DNA of 64,000 bases from Eledone cirrhosa. Taxonomy: Eukaryota. The translations under genes and the position numbers were made by a program. The notes below the pieces were generated by a model. That model was not told the origin of the DNA, did not search any database, and saw nothing but the letters and a program-made list of their open reading frames with translations. The stretch lies in NCBI GenBank assembly GCA_964016885.1, contig OZ024764.1:8494001-8558000 (forward strand). Reading direction: 5' to 3'. Of this stretch, positions 15,348 through 28,806 are shown piece by piece; within the stretch, counting starts at the first letter, position 1, and each line of letters opens with the position of its first letter.

Positions 15348-15688
15348 TCATCATTTTGTTTCATTTTACGTCCGCTTTTCCCTGCTTGCAAGGGTGGGAC
15401 GGGAACTGATTCTGGCTTGATTTCTACAGCTGGATGCCCTTCCTAACACCAACCTCATTTACAGCGAGTGGTGGGTGCTTTTTTGCTGTGGCACCTCCAC
15501 GACCACTTTGCAGTGGAAATGCTGTAGAAATGAGATGATAGGGACTGGGGTCCCTATCATCTCATTTCTACAGCTGAGTAAACTGGAGCAATGTGAAATA
15601 AAGTGTCTTGCTCAAGGAAACAACACATCACCCGGTCTGAGAATTGAACTCACAACCTTTCGATTACAACCACTAAGCCATGTGCCTC

Positions 15689-15738
<50 letters not shown>

Positions 15739-17070
15739 ATAAAAGACTAAGAAAACAATAGTTACCCACTTAGGCCTGGATTTGACCATTTTATAAGGTT
15801 CTTCACCAACCTAGAGGAATAGAAAGATACTTGGTCAGTGAGGTGATGGTCAAGTAAATGACATATATATTATATAGCCTTGGTCAGTAAGGTGGGGTGG
15901 GGGTGTAGATAATTACACTCCCACCCCACCACCTCCCACATCCAGTGAAGACTTCAGCTGAAAGGTGTCATGACAAAAAGTACCCAGTACACACTACACT
16001 ACACTCAATAGAAACACATTACACTCAACACACACACACACTACACTCAACTCACACACACTACACTCAACTCACACACACACAACACTCAACTCACACA
16101 CACAACACTACACTCAATAGAAACACACTACACTCAACACACACAATACTACACTCAATAGAAACACACTACACTCAACACACACATGACATTACACTCA
16201 ACATATCCACCACACACAGATACAATAGCCAAATAACCCAAACACACGACACTCACACACACCATACAACACACTACACTCACACACGGCATACAATGCA
16301 CACACACCTGATATACAACACACACACACCTGATATACAACACACACTCAATGTCTTGATATTCTAGGGAAGAAGAAATGTCCAAAAGAGACAAACCTTT
16401 ACACATCTTCCATCTTTCAGCCACGTCTCCCTGGCATGTAACTGAAACACAAAACATATATATCTATAATACAATTGTTTCTACGTTTGGCACAAGGCCA
16501 GCAATTACCCAGTACATTACTGGTACTTTATTTTATCGACCCTATAAGGATGAAAGGCAAAGTTAACCTCAGCGGGATTTGAACTCAGAATGGCAAGGGC
16601 CGTAACTCTATACGTCAAAGCATGGCGTCCGACCCTCTACCTATACTGCCAATCCACATATAATATAATAAAGTAAGGAGTGCGGGATTGTGTCCTGATT
16701 ATATTTTTTTATCCCATTAGTAAAATAAGTTGGATTACTTTGAATAAATAATCAATAAATATTACATAATTTATCTACTAAATTTCGTAGCTGTTGATTA
16801 AACATAAATATTCTTATATATAATGATTGCTTATTTTAAGATTCACTTCTTTTAAAATTTTCAAATGTCAACACTTCCAGTTATGATATAACAGACACTA
16901 TATCATATCACTTATATAACGATGTAAATATGTGAATGTTTACATAACGTTTATATTTCTGTCACTAATTTTCTCATTTTTTATTTTCATTACATTTTAC
17001 CGTAATGCAGTTTATATATAATATCGTCTTTTTTAAATGTATCATGGATTACTTCACTGATTACATATAC

Positions 17071-17107
<37 letters not shown>

Positions 17108-20100
17108 GAAGGAAATGTGGTAAGGAACCAGGTGAACCATAACGCACCAAAGTACTCAATACTTAGGGTAGTAGAGTGGGTAATAGGAACGAGTAGGACC
17201 CCGACGGCTGAGCTCAAGCCGTTTCGACGGCTAATTCTGGACGGAATTAGCCATCGGAACGGCTTGAGCTCAGCCGTCGGGGTCCTACTCGTTCCTATAT
17301 ATATATATATATATATATATATAAGCAAAAGGGATATTTAAATTGTTAGTAATTCAACAAATATAAATGTTTATAACTGATTCAAAGCACTCGACAGATT
17401 TTCTTGAGTATAATATTCAATGATATTAAATAAATGGAAACTATATTTATAAAACCATATTTATTCTATTATATATATTTCAAGGGTACCAAAACTTTGG
17501 TACGCTCTCATCAGATAAAATACAAAGTTTGATTTATAAATATTGACATATCCAGGAAGGAGATCTTAACGGTTCAAGTTTTTCCTGGATAGACAATCCA
17601 GGAAAAACTTGAACTGTTAAGATCTTCTTCCTGGATATGTCAATATTTATAAAACAAACGGTTCAAGTTTTTTCCTGGATATGTCAATATTTATAAAACA
17701 AACGGTTCAAGTTTTTTCCTGGATAGTCTATCCAGGAAAAACTTGAACCGTTAAGATCTCCTTCCTGGATATGTCAATATTTATAAAACAAGCTCTGTAT
17801 TTTATCTGATGAGAGCGTACCAAAGTTTTGGTGCCCTTGAAATATATATAATAGAATAAATATATGGTTTTATAAATATAGTTTCCATTTATTTAATATC
17901 ATTGTGTCATCATCATCATCATCACCGTTTTACGTCCGTTCTTCCACGCTAGCATGGGTTAGACGGGTTGTCCTGTTGTGGGCAGTGTCTGGTCGGCTGA
18001 CCATGCCTTGCTCATACAGGAACTGATCTGGCTTGATTTCTACAGCTGGATGCCCTTCCTAACACCAACCTCATTTACAGTGAGTGCTGGGTGCTTTTTC
18101 GTGGCGCCTACACGTCCACTTTACAGTGTGGGCTGGGTGCTTTTTTGCTGTGGCACCTCCACGACCACCTTGCGGTGGGGGGGCATATTGTTTATATGCT
18201 TCAGCATGTACCCATGGGAGGTCGGGTACCCTGTATTACTGCGTGACGCCAGAAGTCACGGTCGTGTGTCATTGACTTTGAGAGGTGTAGTTGGGTAAGG
18301 TCGGCTTTTATCACCTCATCCCAGGTCATCTTGGGTCTCCCCACTCCGCGGTTTCCATCAACTTCTAGTGCTCTGCACCTTTTTATGCAGCTGTCATCCT
18401 TCATACGCATCACATGTCCATACCAGCGCAACCGCCTCTCCTGCACACAGCATTTGATTCCTCTTATGCTCAGTCTCTCTCTCAATTCATTTATGCTTTG
18501 TCGTTCACGTATATTACTGTTACACATCCATCGGAGCATGCAGGCTTCGTTTCTCTCTAATCTACGTAAGTCTTCCACCTGTGTGTATATATATATATAT
18601 ATATGTATGTGTGTATATATATATATATGTGTATGTGTGTTTAACTTTACCTGGGAAACACATTCCCTGGCATAGATTGGTTCATTCCTAATGAAACCCA
18701 GGGGTACAGCTGTGTTGGGGTAGATAGCCTCAAACTTGAGTAGGTGGCGCTTCAGTGCATACCTGGGGGTGAGAGTAAGAGAAACATACAGTGGAGAGAT
18801 GTCAGAAGAGAAACCACCTTCACCACTACCACCATTACTGCTAGTGCCCCCACCTACACCACTACTACCACCACCACCACCATCACCTTCACCACCATTA
18901 CCCCCACCTACACCACCGCCACCACCATCACCTTCACCACTACCACCATTACCCCCACCTACACCACCGCCACCACCATCACCTTCACCACTACCACCAT
19001 TACCCCCACCTACACCACCACCACCACCATCACCTTCACCACTACCACCATTACTGCTAGTGCCCCCACCTACACCACTACTACCACCACCACCACCATC
19101 ACCTTCACCACTACCACCATTACTGCTAGTGCCCCCACCTACACCACTACTACCACCACCACCACCATCACCTTCACCACTACCACCATTACTGCTAGTG
19201 CCCCCACCTACACCACTACTACCACCACCACCACCATCACCTTCACCACTACCACCATTACTGCTAGTGCCCCCACCTACACCACTACTACCACCACCAC
19301 CACCATCACCTTCACCACTACCACCATTACCCCCACCTACACCACTACTACCACCACCACCACCATCACCTTCACCACTACCACCATTACTGCTAGTGCC
19401 CCCACCTACACCACTCCACTACTACCACCACCACCACCATCACCTTCACCACTACCACCATTACCCCCACCTACACCACCTTCACCACAACCTGCACCAC
19501 CCACACCATCACTGCCAGTACCCCCAACACCACAACCACCATCACCGCCATCACTGCCAGTACCCCCAACACCACAACCTTCACCCCAACCACCACCACC
19601 ACCACCACTGTCAGTACCCCCAACCACCACCACCACCACCACCACCATCATCATGACACCCACCAATATCACCACTACCCTCCCCACCACCACCAACCCC
19701 ACTACCACAACCAACACTGAATCATTGAGAGAGAAAGAAGGAGAGAAAAAGAGTAAAAAAGAGTGAGAGAAAGAGAGAGAGGGTAAAGAAGAGTAAGATA
19801 GAGAAAGAGGGAGAGAGAGTGTATATAAAGTACTTACAATGGATGGCTCTTAAATTCTCCAATTGCTTTAGGGAAAGGTTGATCAAGAAGCTGGCCTGTT
19901 GATAGAGAATATATATATATATATATATGTATCTATGTCATCTCTTTCTCTTAATTTCGAGTATATTTTTTTGACCGGCCACCTTCCTGGTGGCAAGGTT
20001 GTAAAAGAAAAGAAATTGTCATCCCTTGAATCGCAAGAATGTTTTGCAAATTTTGAAGGTGCCAGCTATCGCAGCCATTTGTAGTCTATGAATTAGGGAC

Positions 20101-21050
20101 CTGCGCTCTTTGTCCGCAAATCCAAGTTCAGTCATACTTTGGTCCATCTATGTATGTATATATGAATGTATGTATATATGAATGTATGTATATATGTATG
20201 TATATAAGTATGTATGTATATATGTCAGGTCACCAGTTGGTGCTACTGGTAACATGTATCCCAGTACAACCCGTCTCATGGTCGAGTCGTTGGCGACTAA
20301 ACTGGCAACCCCACCAAGGTTTCTTGGTGAGGAGGGTGACTTTGGACATCCTGCAGGACTAAAAACAAAACCTGTCAAAGGGCAAAGGAGCTCTTAAGAG
20401 TCAATGGCCATCCAAAATCACCGGGAGAGATGACCCCTTAGCCTTTGTCAAGGCAGAATTCTAGAAGGAAAACTCTGATATAACACCTGCAACCCTGATG
20501 GTATCCAATGATGTTGACTTGTTCTTCTTTTTGGTAAATATCATCTTGGTTAAGAGAGTGGGACTGGCTTTGTGCAGTGCCTTTCCTCACTATAAAAGCT
20601 TCACGGCACAGGCATTGCTTTATATCTGGAGATTTCTCTGCACTTGTCATCACATGGTACCATGGGCCCAGCACTATGTGTCAATAATTGTCACAAGTGT
20701 AGCGTTTGTACCTACCAGAGTTTTCAAGTCACTGGCTGGACTAAAAATTCACACTTGTTTAGCGGATCGGTAGGGGTTCTCCTACATGGATATAAAGTAG
20801 TGGCCGTACTCGAAAACGAGTTGGCAGCCACCATGTATGTATATATGTATGTATGCATATCATCATCATCATCATCATCATCATCATCGTTTAACGTTCA
20901 TCTTCCACGCTAGCATGGGTTAGACGGGAGTTGTCCCACTTGAGGCAAGGCTGGTCGGGTGACCGTGTCTCGCTCATATAGGACTATCTGGCAGGTTTTC
21001 TACAGCTGGATGCCCTTCCTAACACCAACCACATTACAGCGTGGACCGTG

Positions 21051-21084
<34 letters not shown>

Positions 21085-21571
21085 TCATCATCATTTTACG
21101 TCCGCTTTTCCCTGCTTGCAAGGGTGGGACGGGTCTTATTCAGCACAGCATCTCTCCACTTGTCACGGTCCTTCATCATCTCCACCGTGAGCTTCAGCGA
21201 TCTGAGGTCTGTTCTCACCACCCCCGCCCATGTTTTTTGTGGTCTACCTCTACCACGTCTTCCTTCAACTGGCATTTCCTGGCACTTCTTCACCCATCGG
21301 TCATTCTCCATGTGCATCACATGTCCATACCACCTCAGTCTCCTCTCTCGCACACTACATTCTATCCCTCTCAGACACAGTTTCTCTCTCAACACATCAC
21401 ATGTCCATACCTCCTCAGTCTCCTCTCCCGTACACTACATTCTATCCCTCTCAGACACAGTTTCTCTCTCAACACATTTATGCTGGGTCATTCACGCACA
21501 TTGACATTGCACATCCAACGGAGCATACTTGCCTCATTTCTCTGCAGCCGTCGCATATCCTCTGCAGTTGC

Positions 21572-21619
<48 letters not shown>

Positions 21620-23765
21620 CAATATGTAGAAAAGATAACACACCAGAGAGAGAGACAGTGTGCCATCAGTCAAATAGGGAAAAAACCACTTGATTTATAC
21701 TTTTAATTATTGTGTGTCTACTTTGCCTTTCAAGGGCTATAGATTCCATACACTGGTGGTTTTTCCCTATTTGACTGATGGCGCACTATCTCTCTCTCTG
21801 GTGTGTTATCTTTTCTACATATTGTATTATAAAAGGCTCGGGCTTCCTTCTCCTTTGAGCACATTACTGACAGGGAATAATGAGAGTCTATGGCTCTGTT
21901 AATTTATCATAATATATATATATATATATATATACCCACACTGTAAATGTGGTTGGTGTTAGGAAGGGCATCCAGCTGTAGAAAACCCGCCAGACAGTCC
22001 TATGCGAGCAAGATAACCACTCTTGCCTCAAGTGGGAAAACCCTCCGTCCAAACCCAAGCAAGCATGGAACACGGACGTTAAACGATGATGATGATGATG
22101 ATATATATATATAAACGAGTAGGACCCCGACGGCTGAGCTCAAGCCGTTTCGAAGGCTAATTCTGTCCAGAATTAGCCGTCGAAACGGCTTGAGCTCAGC
22201 CGTCGGGGTCCTACTCGTTCCTATTACCCACTCTACTACCCTAAGTATTGAGTACTTTGGTGCGTTATGGTCCACCTGGTTCCTTACCACATTTCCTTCG
22301 TTATATATATATATATATATTTATGTATATGTGTATATATATATATGAATATACCCACCAAGTTTAACCCTGCAATGGACTGGTGTGTGGCCTAGTGGTA
22401 AGGGTGTTGAAATTATGATCATAATGTTGGGAGTTCAATTCCTGGACTAGGTTGTATGTTATGTTGTGTTCTTGAGCAAAACACTTCATTTCACGTTGCT
22501 CCAGTATACTCAGGGCTGGGGACTGACCAACCACAACTAAATTACACCACAGCAATAAAATAGTTCTATCTTGTCTCACTACAAACCTACAGAAACAAAA
22601 AAATTATAAAAGAATGTCTGACCTTTTATCTGTTCGTCCTCCTTCATATTGTCGGCGCTGTTGTTGAGGTAAGGGCTTAAAGTCTCCTGCCACCATTCCT
22701 CGCCCACACGTAACTTCCTCGTCTTCACAAGGAATTCACCTGAGTAACGAGCTGTCAGGTCTTTCAGGTAGCCATCTGAAATTGCAAGACCCACACACAC
22801 AAGAAATTAGAACACAACACCACAGCTAGCCTAGGGTACTAAATACCCAGGTACATATTGTAGAGCTATCCTAGGGTACTAAATACCCAGGAATGTATTG
22901 TAGAGCTAGCCTAGGGTGCTAAATACCAAGGTACACACTGTAGAGCTAGCCTAGGGTGTTAAATACCCAGGTACATATTGTAGAGCTAGCCTAGGGTGTT
23001 AAATACCCAAGAATGTATTGTAGAGCTAGCCTAGGGTGCTAAACACCCAGGTACACACTGTAGAGCTAGCCTAGGGTGCTAAATACCCAGGTACCTTGAT
23101 ATTTATAATGACATGTAGCAACGAAGAGAAGAGGAAGTGGGGAGAGCTGAAGAATTGTGTCTTACTCACCATTATCAAATGAAAGGACATACACGAGAGG
23201 CCGGCTGGACAATTTCTCAAAGTGACCAATAGAGTCGAAGACAAGTTGTACACAGTCTATTGCTGGAAAGGGGAGATAAGTGGAATTTGAGAGATTACGG
23301 AGAACAGACATTAGTCACATGACTTCAGTCAGGTGACGTTATATACTGACACTGAGCATTGTAGACAAGAAATGTAGTAAGGTAGAGAAACAGGTAGACT
23401 TCGAGGTACATGTAGCAATGCAGAGAAACATGCCTGTATGTAGCAACGCAGAGGCATGCAGACACCTAGCGACACAAACGGACCTGTTAACATGTAGCGA
23501 CACAGAGAGGTGCATTTAACATGTAGCAATGTAAAGAGATATGTTGACATGTAGCGACACACACACACATATATATTAACATGTAGCAATGACCAGACAT
23601 GTAGAGAAATATATGAAAGTGAAGCAGTGGAGAGATATAACATGTAGCAACATAGAGAAACAGGCTGACATGTAGATATATATTAACATGTAGCAACGTA
23701 GGGAAGCACATTGACATGTAGATATATATTAACATGTAGCGACGTAGGGAAGCACATTGACATGT

Positions 23766-23828
<63 letters not shown>

Positions 23829-26800
23829 CATGTAGCAACGTAGGGAAGCTAATTGACATGTAGATATATATTGACATGTAGCGATGTAGATATATATATA
23901 TATATATATATATTAACATGTAGCAACGTGGGAAAGCACATTGACATGTAGATATATATATTAACATGTAGCGATGTGGAGAGATGTGCCAGACATGTAA
24001 CATGACACAAACATGCAGTAATGTAGCGAGACATACTAACATATATCAATGTGGAGACATGTGTCAGACATGTAGCAAGTTACTTACGAAGCCACCTGTC
24101 TTCTTGCTCAAGGTACAGCTCAATCCAGATACACAAATCTATAAAAATAAAATAAAATGAAGTTATTGTTTGTTTCCTATTATCATCATCATCGTTTAAC
24201 GTCCATCTTCCACGCTAGCATGGGTTAGACGGGAATTGTCCCACTTGAGGCAAGATTGATCAGGTGACCGTGTCTCGCTCGTCTAGGACTGTATCTGGCA
24301 GGTTTTCTACAGCTGGATGCCCTTCCTAACACCAACCACATTTACAGTGTGGACTGGGTGCTTTTTTACAGTGTTTCCTACACAACCACTTAACTGTGGG
24401 CGGAAATGGGCGGATGGAATCGGGGGTGTGGGGTGTATATTTAGTTAAGTGGTGCCTACTGACTGTAGGTCTTTAGAGTAATGTTATTCAATAGAGTGCG
24501 TAGCTCAGAGATCAGAGAGTCACGCCAGTTAGAGCCACTATTTCTCCAAATTGAGAGATCACAGCTCTGATACTACAAACATGTGGTTAGAATGTCTCAG
24601 GAAGGAATCTCTGAACTGAGAGATCACAGCTCTGATACTACAGACATGTGGTTAGAATGTCTCAGGAAGGAATCTCTGAACTGAGAGATCACAGCTCTGA
24701 TACTACAGACATGTGGTTAGAATGTCTCTGGAAAGAATCTCTGAATTGAGAGATCACAGCTCTGATACTACAGACATGTGGTTAGAATGTCTCAGGAAAG
24801 AAACTCAGAATTGAGAGATCACAGCTCTGATACTACAGACATGTGATTAGAATGTCTCAGGAAAGAATCTCTGAATTGAGAGACCACAGCTCTGATACTA
24901 CAGACATGTGGTTAGAATGTCTCAGGAAAGAATCTCTGAATTGAGAGATCACAGCTCTGATACTACAGACATGTGATTAGAATGTCTCAGGAAAGAAACT
25001 CAGAATTGAGAGATCACAGCTCTGATACTACAGACATGTGGTTAGAATGTCTCAGGAAAGAATCTCTGAATTGAGAGATCACAGCTCTGATACTACAGAC
25101 ATGTGGTTAGAATGTCTCAGGAAAGAAACTCAGAATTGAGAGATCACAGCTCTGATACTACAGACATGTGGTTAGAATGTCTCAGGAAAGAATCTTTGAA
25201 TTGAGAGATCACAGCTCTGATACTACAGACATGTGGTTAGAATGTCTCAGGAAAGAATCTCTGAATTGAGAGATCACAGCTCTGATACTACAGACATGTG
25301 GTTAGAATGTCTCAGGAAAGAAACTCAGAATTGAGAGATCACAGCTCTGATACTACAGACATGTGGTTAGAATGTCTCAGGAAAGAATCTTTGAATTGAG
25401 AGATCACAGCTCTGATACTACAGACATGTGGTTAGAATGTCTCAGGAAAGAATCTCTGGACAGATTTTATGAATAATTAACCAGGCAGGAGACCCAGGGG
25501 TAGACCCCGAGCAAGATGGTTGGACAAAAATCCATGAGCTTGGTTGGTCATGCTTGGGGATCCATCTGGATCAGTTGGAGACAGTTGCTTCTGACAGGAC
25601 CCATTGGAAGGAGTGTTTAAGAACTCTGCCACAACAACCACCTCCAGAAATAAGTGAGAGAAAAAGAATGGTTAATGAAACTTAAGTATTTCTGAAACTG
25701 ACCATTTTTGGTGGACAAGCTGTTGTCTGAAGAACTACTGGAGATAATCTTGTGGGAAGTTGTCTTGGTAACGGTTTTACTCTTATTTTTCTTGCTGTTC
25801 ACAACAGTTCTATACTTAATTGTGTCTTCTTCGAAATCATCGCTCGAAAAACCGGAACTCCTACAACAACAACAATATGGGGCACAAAATCAATAATCAA
25901 GACATAGAAAACAAACAAAAAATTAATAAATTGTAAATCAATTGTAAATTGTAAATTAATAAATTGTAAATCAATAAAAGCTGATCATCAGATCAGACCA
26001 AAGAAACAATGTTTCTATTGATCTTTCCATTACTGATACTATCTGTCAGTCACAACTCCTGGCAGAAGAAAGGAGCTGATCATCAGATCAGACCAAGGAA
26101 ACAATGTTTCCATTGGTCTTTCCATTACTGATACTATCTGTCTGTCACAACTCCTGACAGAAGAAAGGAGCTGATCATCAGATCAGACCAAGGAAACAAT
26201 GTTTCCATTGGTCTTTCCATTACTGATACTATCTGTCAGCCACAACTCCTGGCAGAGGCAAGAGTACTGGGGTAGATATGATCTACTAAATCAAGGCAGT
26301 GCTCCAGCATAATCATAGTCTAATGACTGAATCCAGTAAAATAATAATTGTTTCTACTTTTGACACAAGGCCAGCAATTACCCCAGTGCATTACTGGTAC
26401 TTTATTTTATTGTCCCAGTAAGGATGAACGGCAAAGCTAATCTCGGCATGCTTTGAACTCAGAAATATATATAATATTATATATAGAAATAAGCACACAA
26501 AGAAGTGTGTTTTGAATTACATGGGTCGGAAACCACTTTAGTGCAATGGATATAATCTATGAACAAATGGAAAACAGATAATAACTGGAAAAATGAATTA
26601 AAATAGTAACTATTTCAATAACTATTAAACTCCTGGACAAACTACAGATAGAGTTTGTTTTGCCGAAAATTAGTGGCTGTGTCAGATAATCCTAGGGTTT
26701 CTCAACAGGAGTAAGGATTATATGAACAGCACACCTAGAGATAATTTAGGTAACTAAATATCGCATGTTGTGTATATAGTAAGAGAACAAGTAAAACAAG

Positions 26801-28016
26801 TAAAAAGCTCTAAATATAATCAATTTGGTGTGTTAACTGGCTTACCAATGTATGCAGTGAGTTTATTTGCCCTGGGTGTCAGGAAAACACTCAGCAAATA
26901 ACGGAAACTATAATGTTGTGTATATAGTAAGAGAACAAGTAAAACAAGTAAAAAGCTCTAAATATAATCAATTTGGTGTGTTAACTGGCTTACCAATGTA
27001 TGCAGTGAGTTTATTTGCCCTGGGTGTCAGGAAAACACTCAGCAAATAACGGAAACTATAATGTTGTGTATATAGTAAGAGAACAAGTAAAACAAGTAAA
27101 AAGCTCTAAATATAATCAATTTGGTGTGTTAACTGGCTTACCAATGTATGCAGTGAGTTTATTTACCCTGGGTGTCAGGAAAACACTCAGCAAATAACGG
27201 AAACTATAATGTTGTGTATATAGTAAGAGAACAAGTAAAACAAGTAAAAAGCTCTAAATATAATCAATTTGGTGTGTTAACTGGCTTACCAATGTATGCA
27301 GTGAGTTTATTTACCCTGGGTGTCAGGAAAACACTCAGCAAATAACGGAAACTATAATGTTGTGTATATAGTAAGAGAACAAGTAAAACAAGTAAAAAGC
27401 TCTAAATATAATCAATTTGGTGTGTTAACTGGCTTACCAATGTATGCAGTGAGTTTATTTGCCCTGGGTGTCAGGAAAACACTCAGCAAATAACGGAAAC
27501 TATAATGAAAGGAAAAGGAAAAATAGTAATAATAAAAATAATTACATTTCCGGGTCTGATTTTGCAGAAGATTTTCCCGAAGAAGATGCCTTCTTTTTTC
27601 CCTTCTTCGTTGTCGTCACTCCTTGTTTGATGTCACCTCCTTCATCTCCTGATGATTCCTCATCACTGTCCACATCTTTGTAGCAGATGTTTGCCCGTGG
27701 CACACGAGCGGGTCGCTGGCGTCGTTGGTTGGAGCGGTTCCCTGCCTCGGAGCTCTCTTGCAATGCTTCCGACTTCACCGTTTCTCTTTCCTTCGTCGCC
27801 GTCTTTCGCGGCGCTGCTGATGTCTTCGCTTCAGCCTTACTGGCTTTCTTTCCTTTCTTCGTCTGTAGATGTTTAGACTTTCCTCCTTCCTCTCCTTTAC
27901 CACATGCCTCCGCGGTGGGGCTCGGTTTCGTGGAGGAAGGGGTTTCGTCTGCTGTGATATTTTGTTTCTTCTTTGAAGAAGTCTTTTCCTGCACAATGGT
28001 CAATGTGAGAACACAT

Positions 28017-28059
<43 letters not shown>

Positions 28060-28329
28060 TATATAATATATATATGTGTGTGAATGTATACATATGTAGG
28101 TCATTTGTGTATACATATATATATATATATATACATATACACACATATATATATATATACACACATATATATATAATATATATATGTGTGTGAATGTATA
28201 CATATGTAGGTCATTTGTGTATACATATATATATATATATATATATACATATACACACATATATATATATATATACACATATATATAATATATGTGTGTG
28301 TGAATGTATACATATGTAGGTCATTTGTG

Positions 28330-28365
<36 letters not shown>

Positions 28366-28448
28366 CACACATATATATATATACACATATATATAATATA
28401 TATGTGTGTGTGTGTGAATGTATACATATGTAGGTCATTTGTGTATAC

Positions 28449-28483
<35 letters not shown>

Positions 28484-28537
28484 CACATATATATATAATA
28501 TATATGTGTGTGTGAATGTATACATATGTAGGTCATT

Positions 28538-28599
<62 letters not shown>

Positions 28600-28771
28600 T
28601 ATATATATATATACACATATATATAATATATATGTGTGTGTGTGAATGTATACATATGTAGGTAATCTGTGTATACATATATATATATACATACATATAA
28701 ACATACACACACACACATATATATAATATATATATGTGTGTGAATGTATACATATGTAGATCTGTGTATAC

Positions 28772-28806
<35 letters not shown>

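Noticed and set aside
18736-19766. Proline- and threonine-rich 306-aa and 340-aa ORFs (extensin- or mucin-like)
   Set aside because: They are by-products of an (ACC)n minisatellite within an XPC intron, antisense to the gene.
25978-26256. CTGATGA and GAAA plus a long hairpin on the minus strand of the 95-bp repeat
   Set aside because: There is no stem I, two hairpins separate the core halves, and the cleavage site would be UG; this is not a hammerhead topology.
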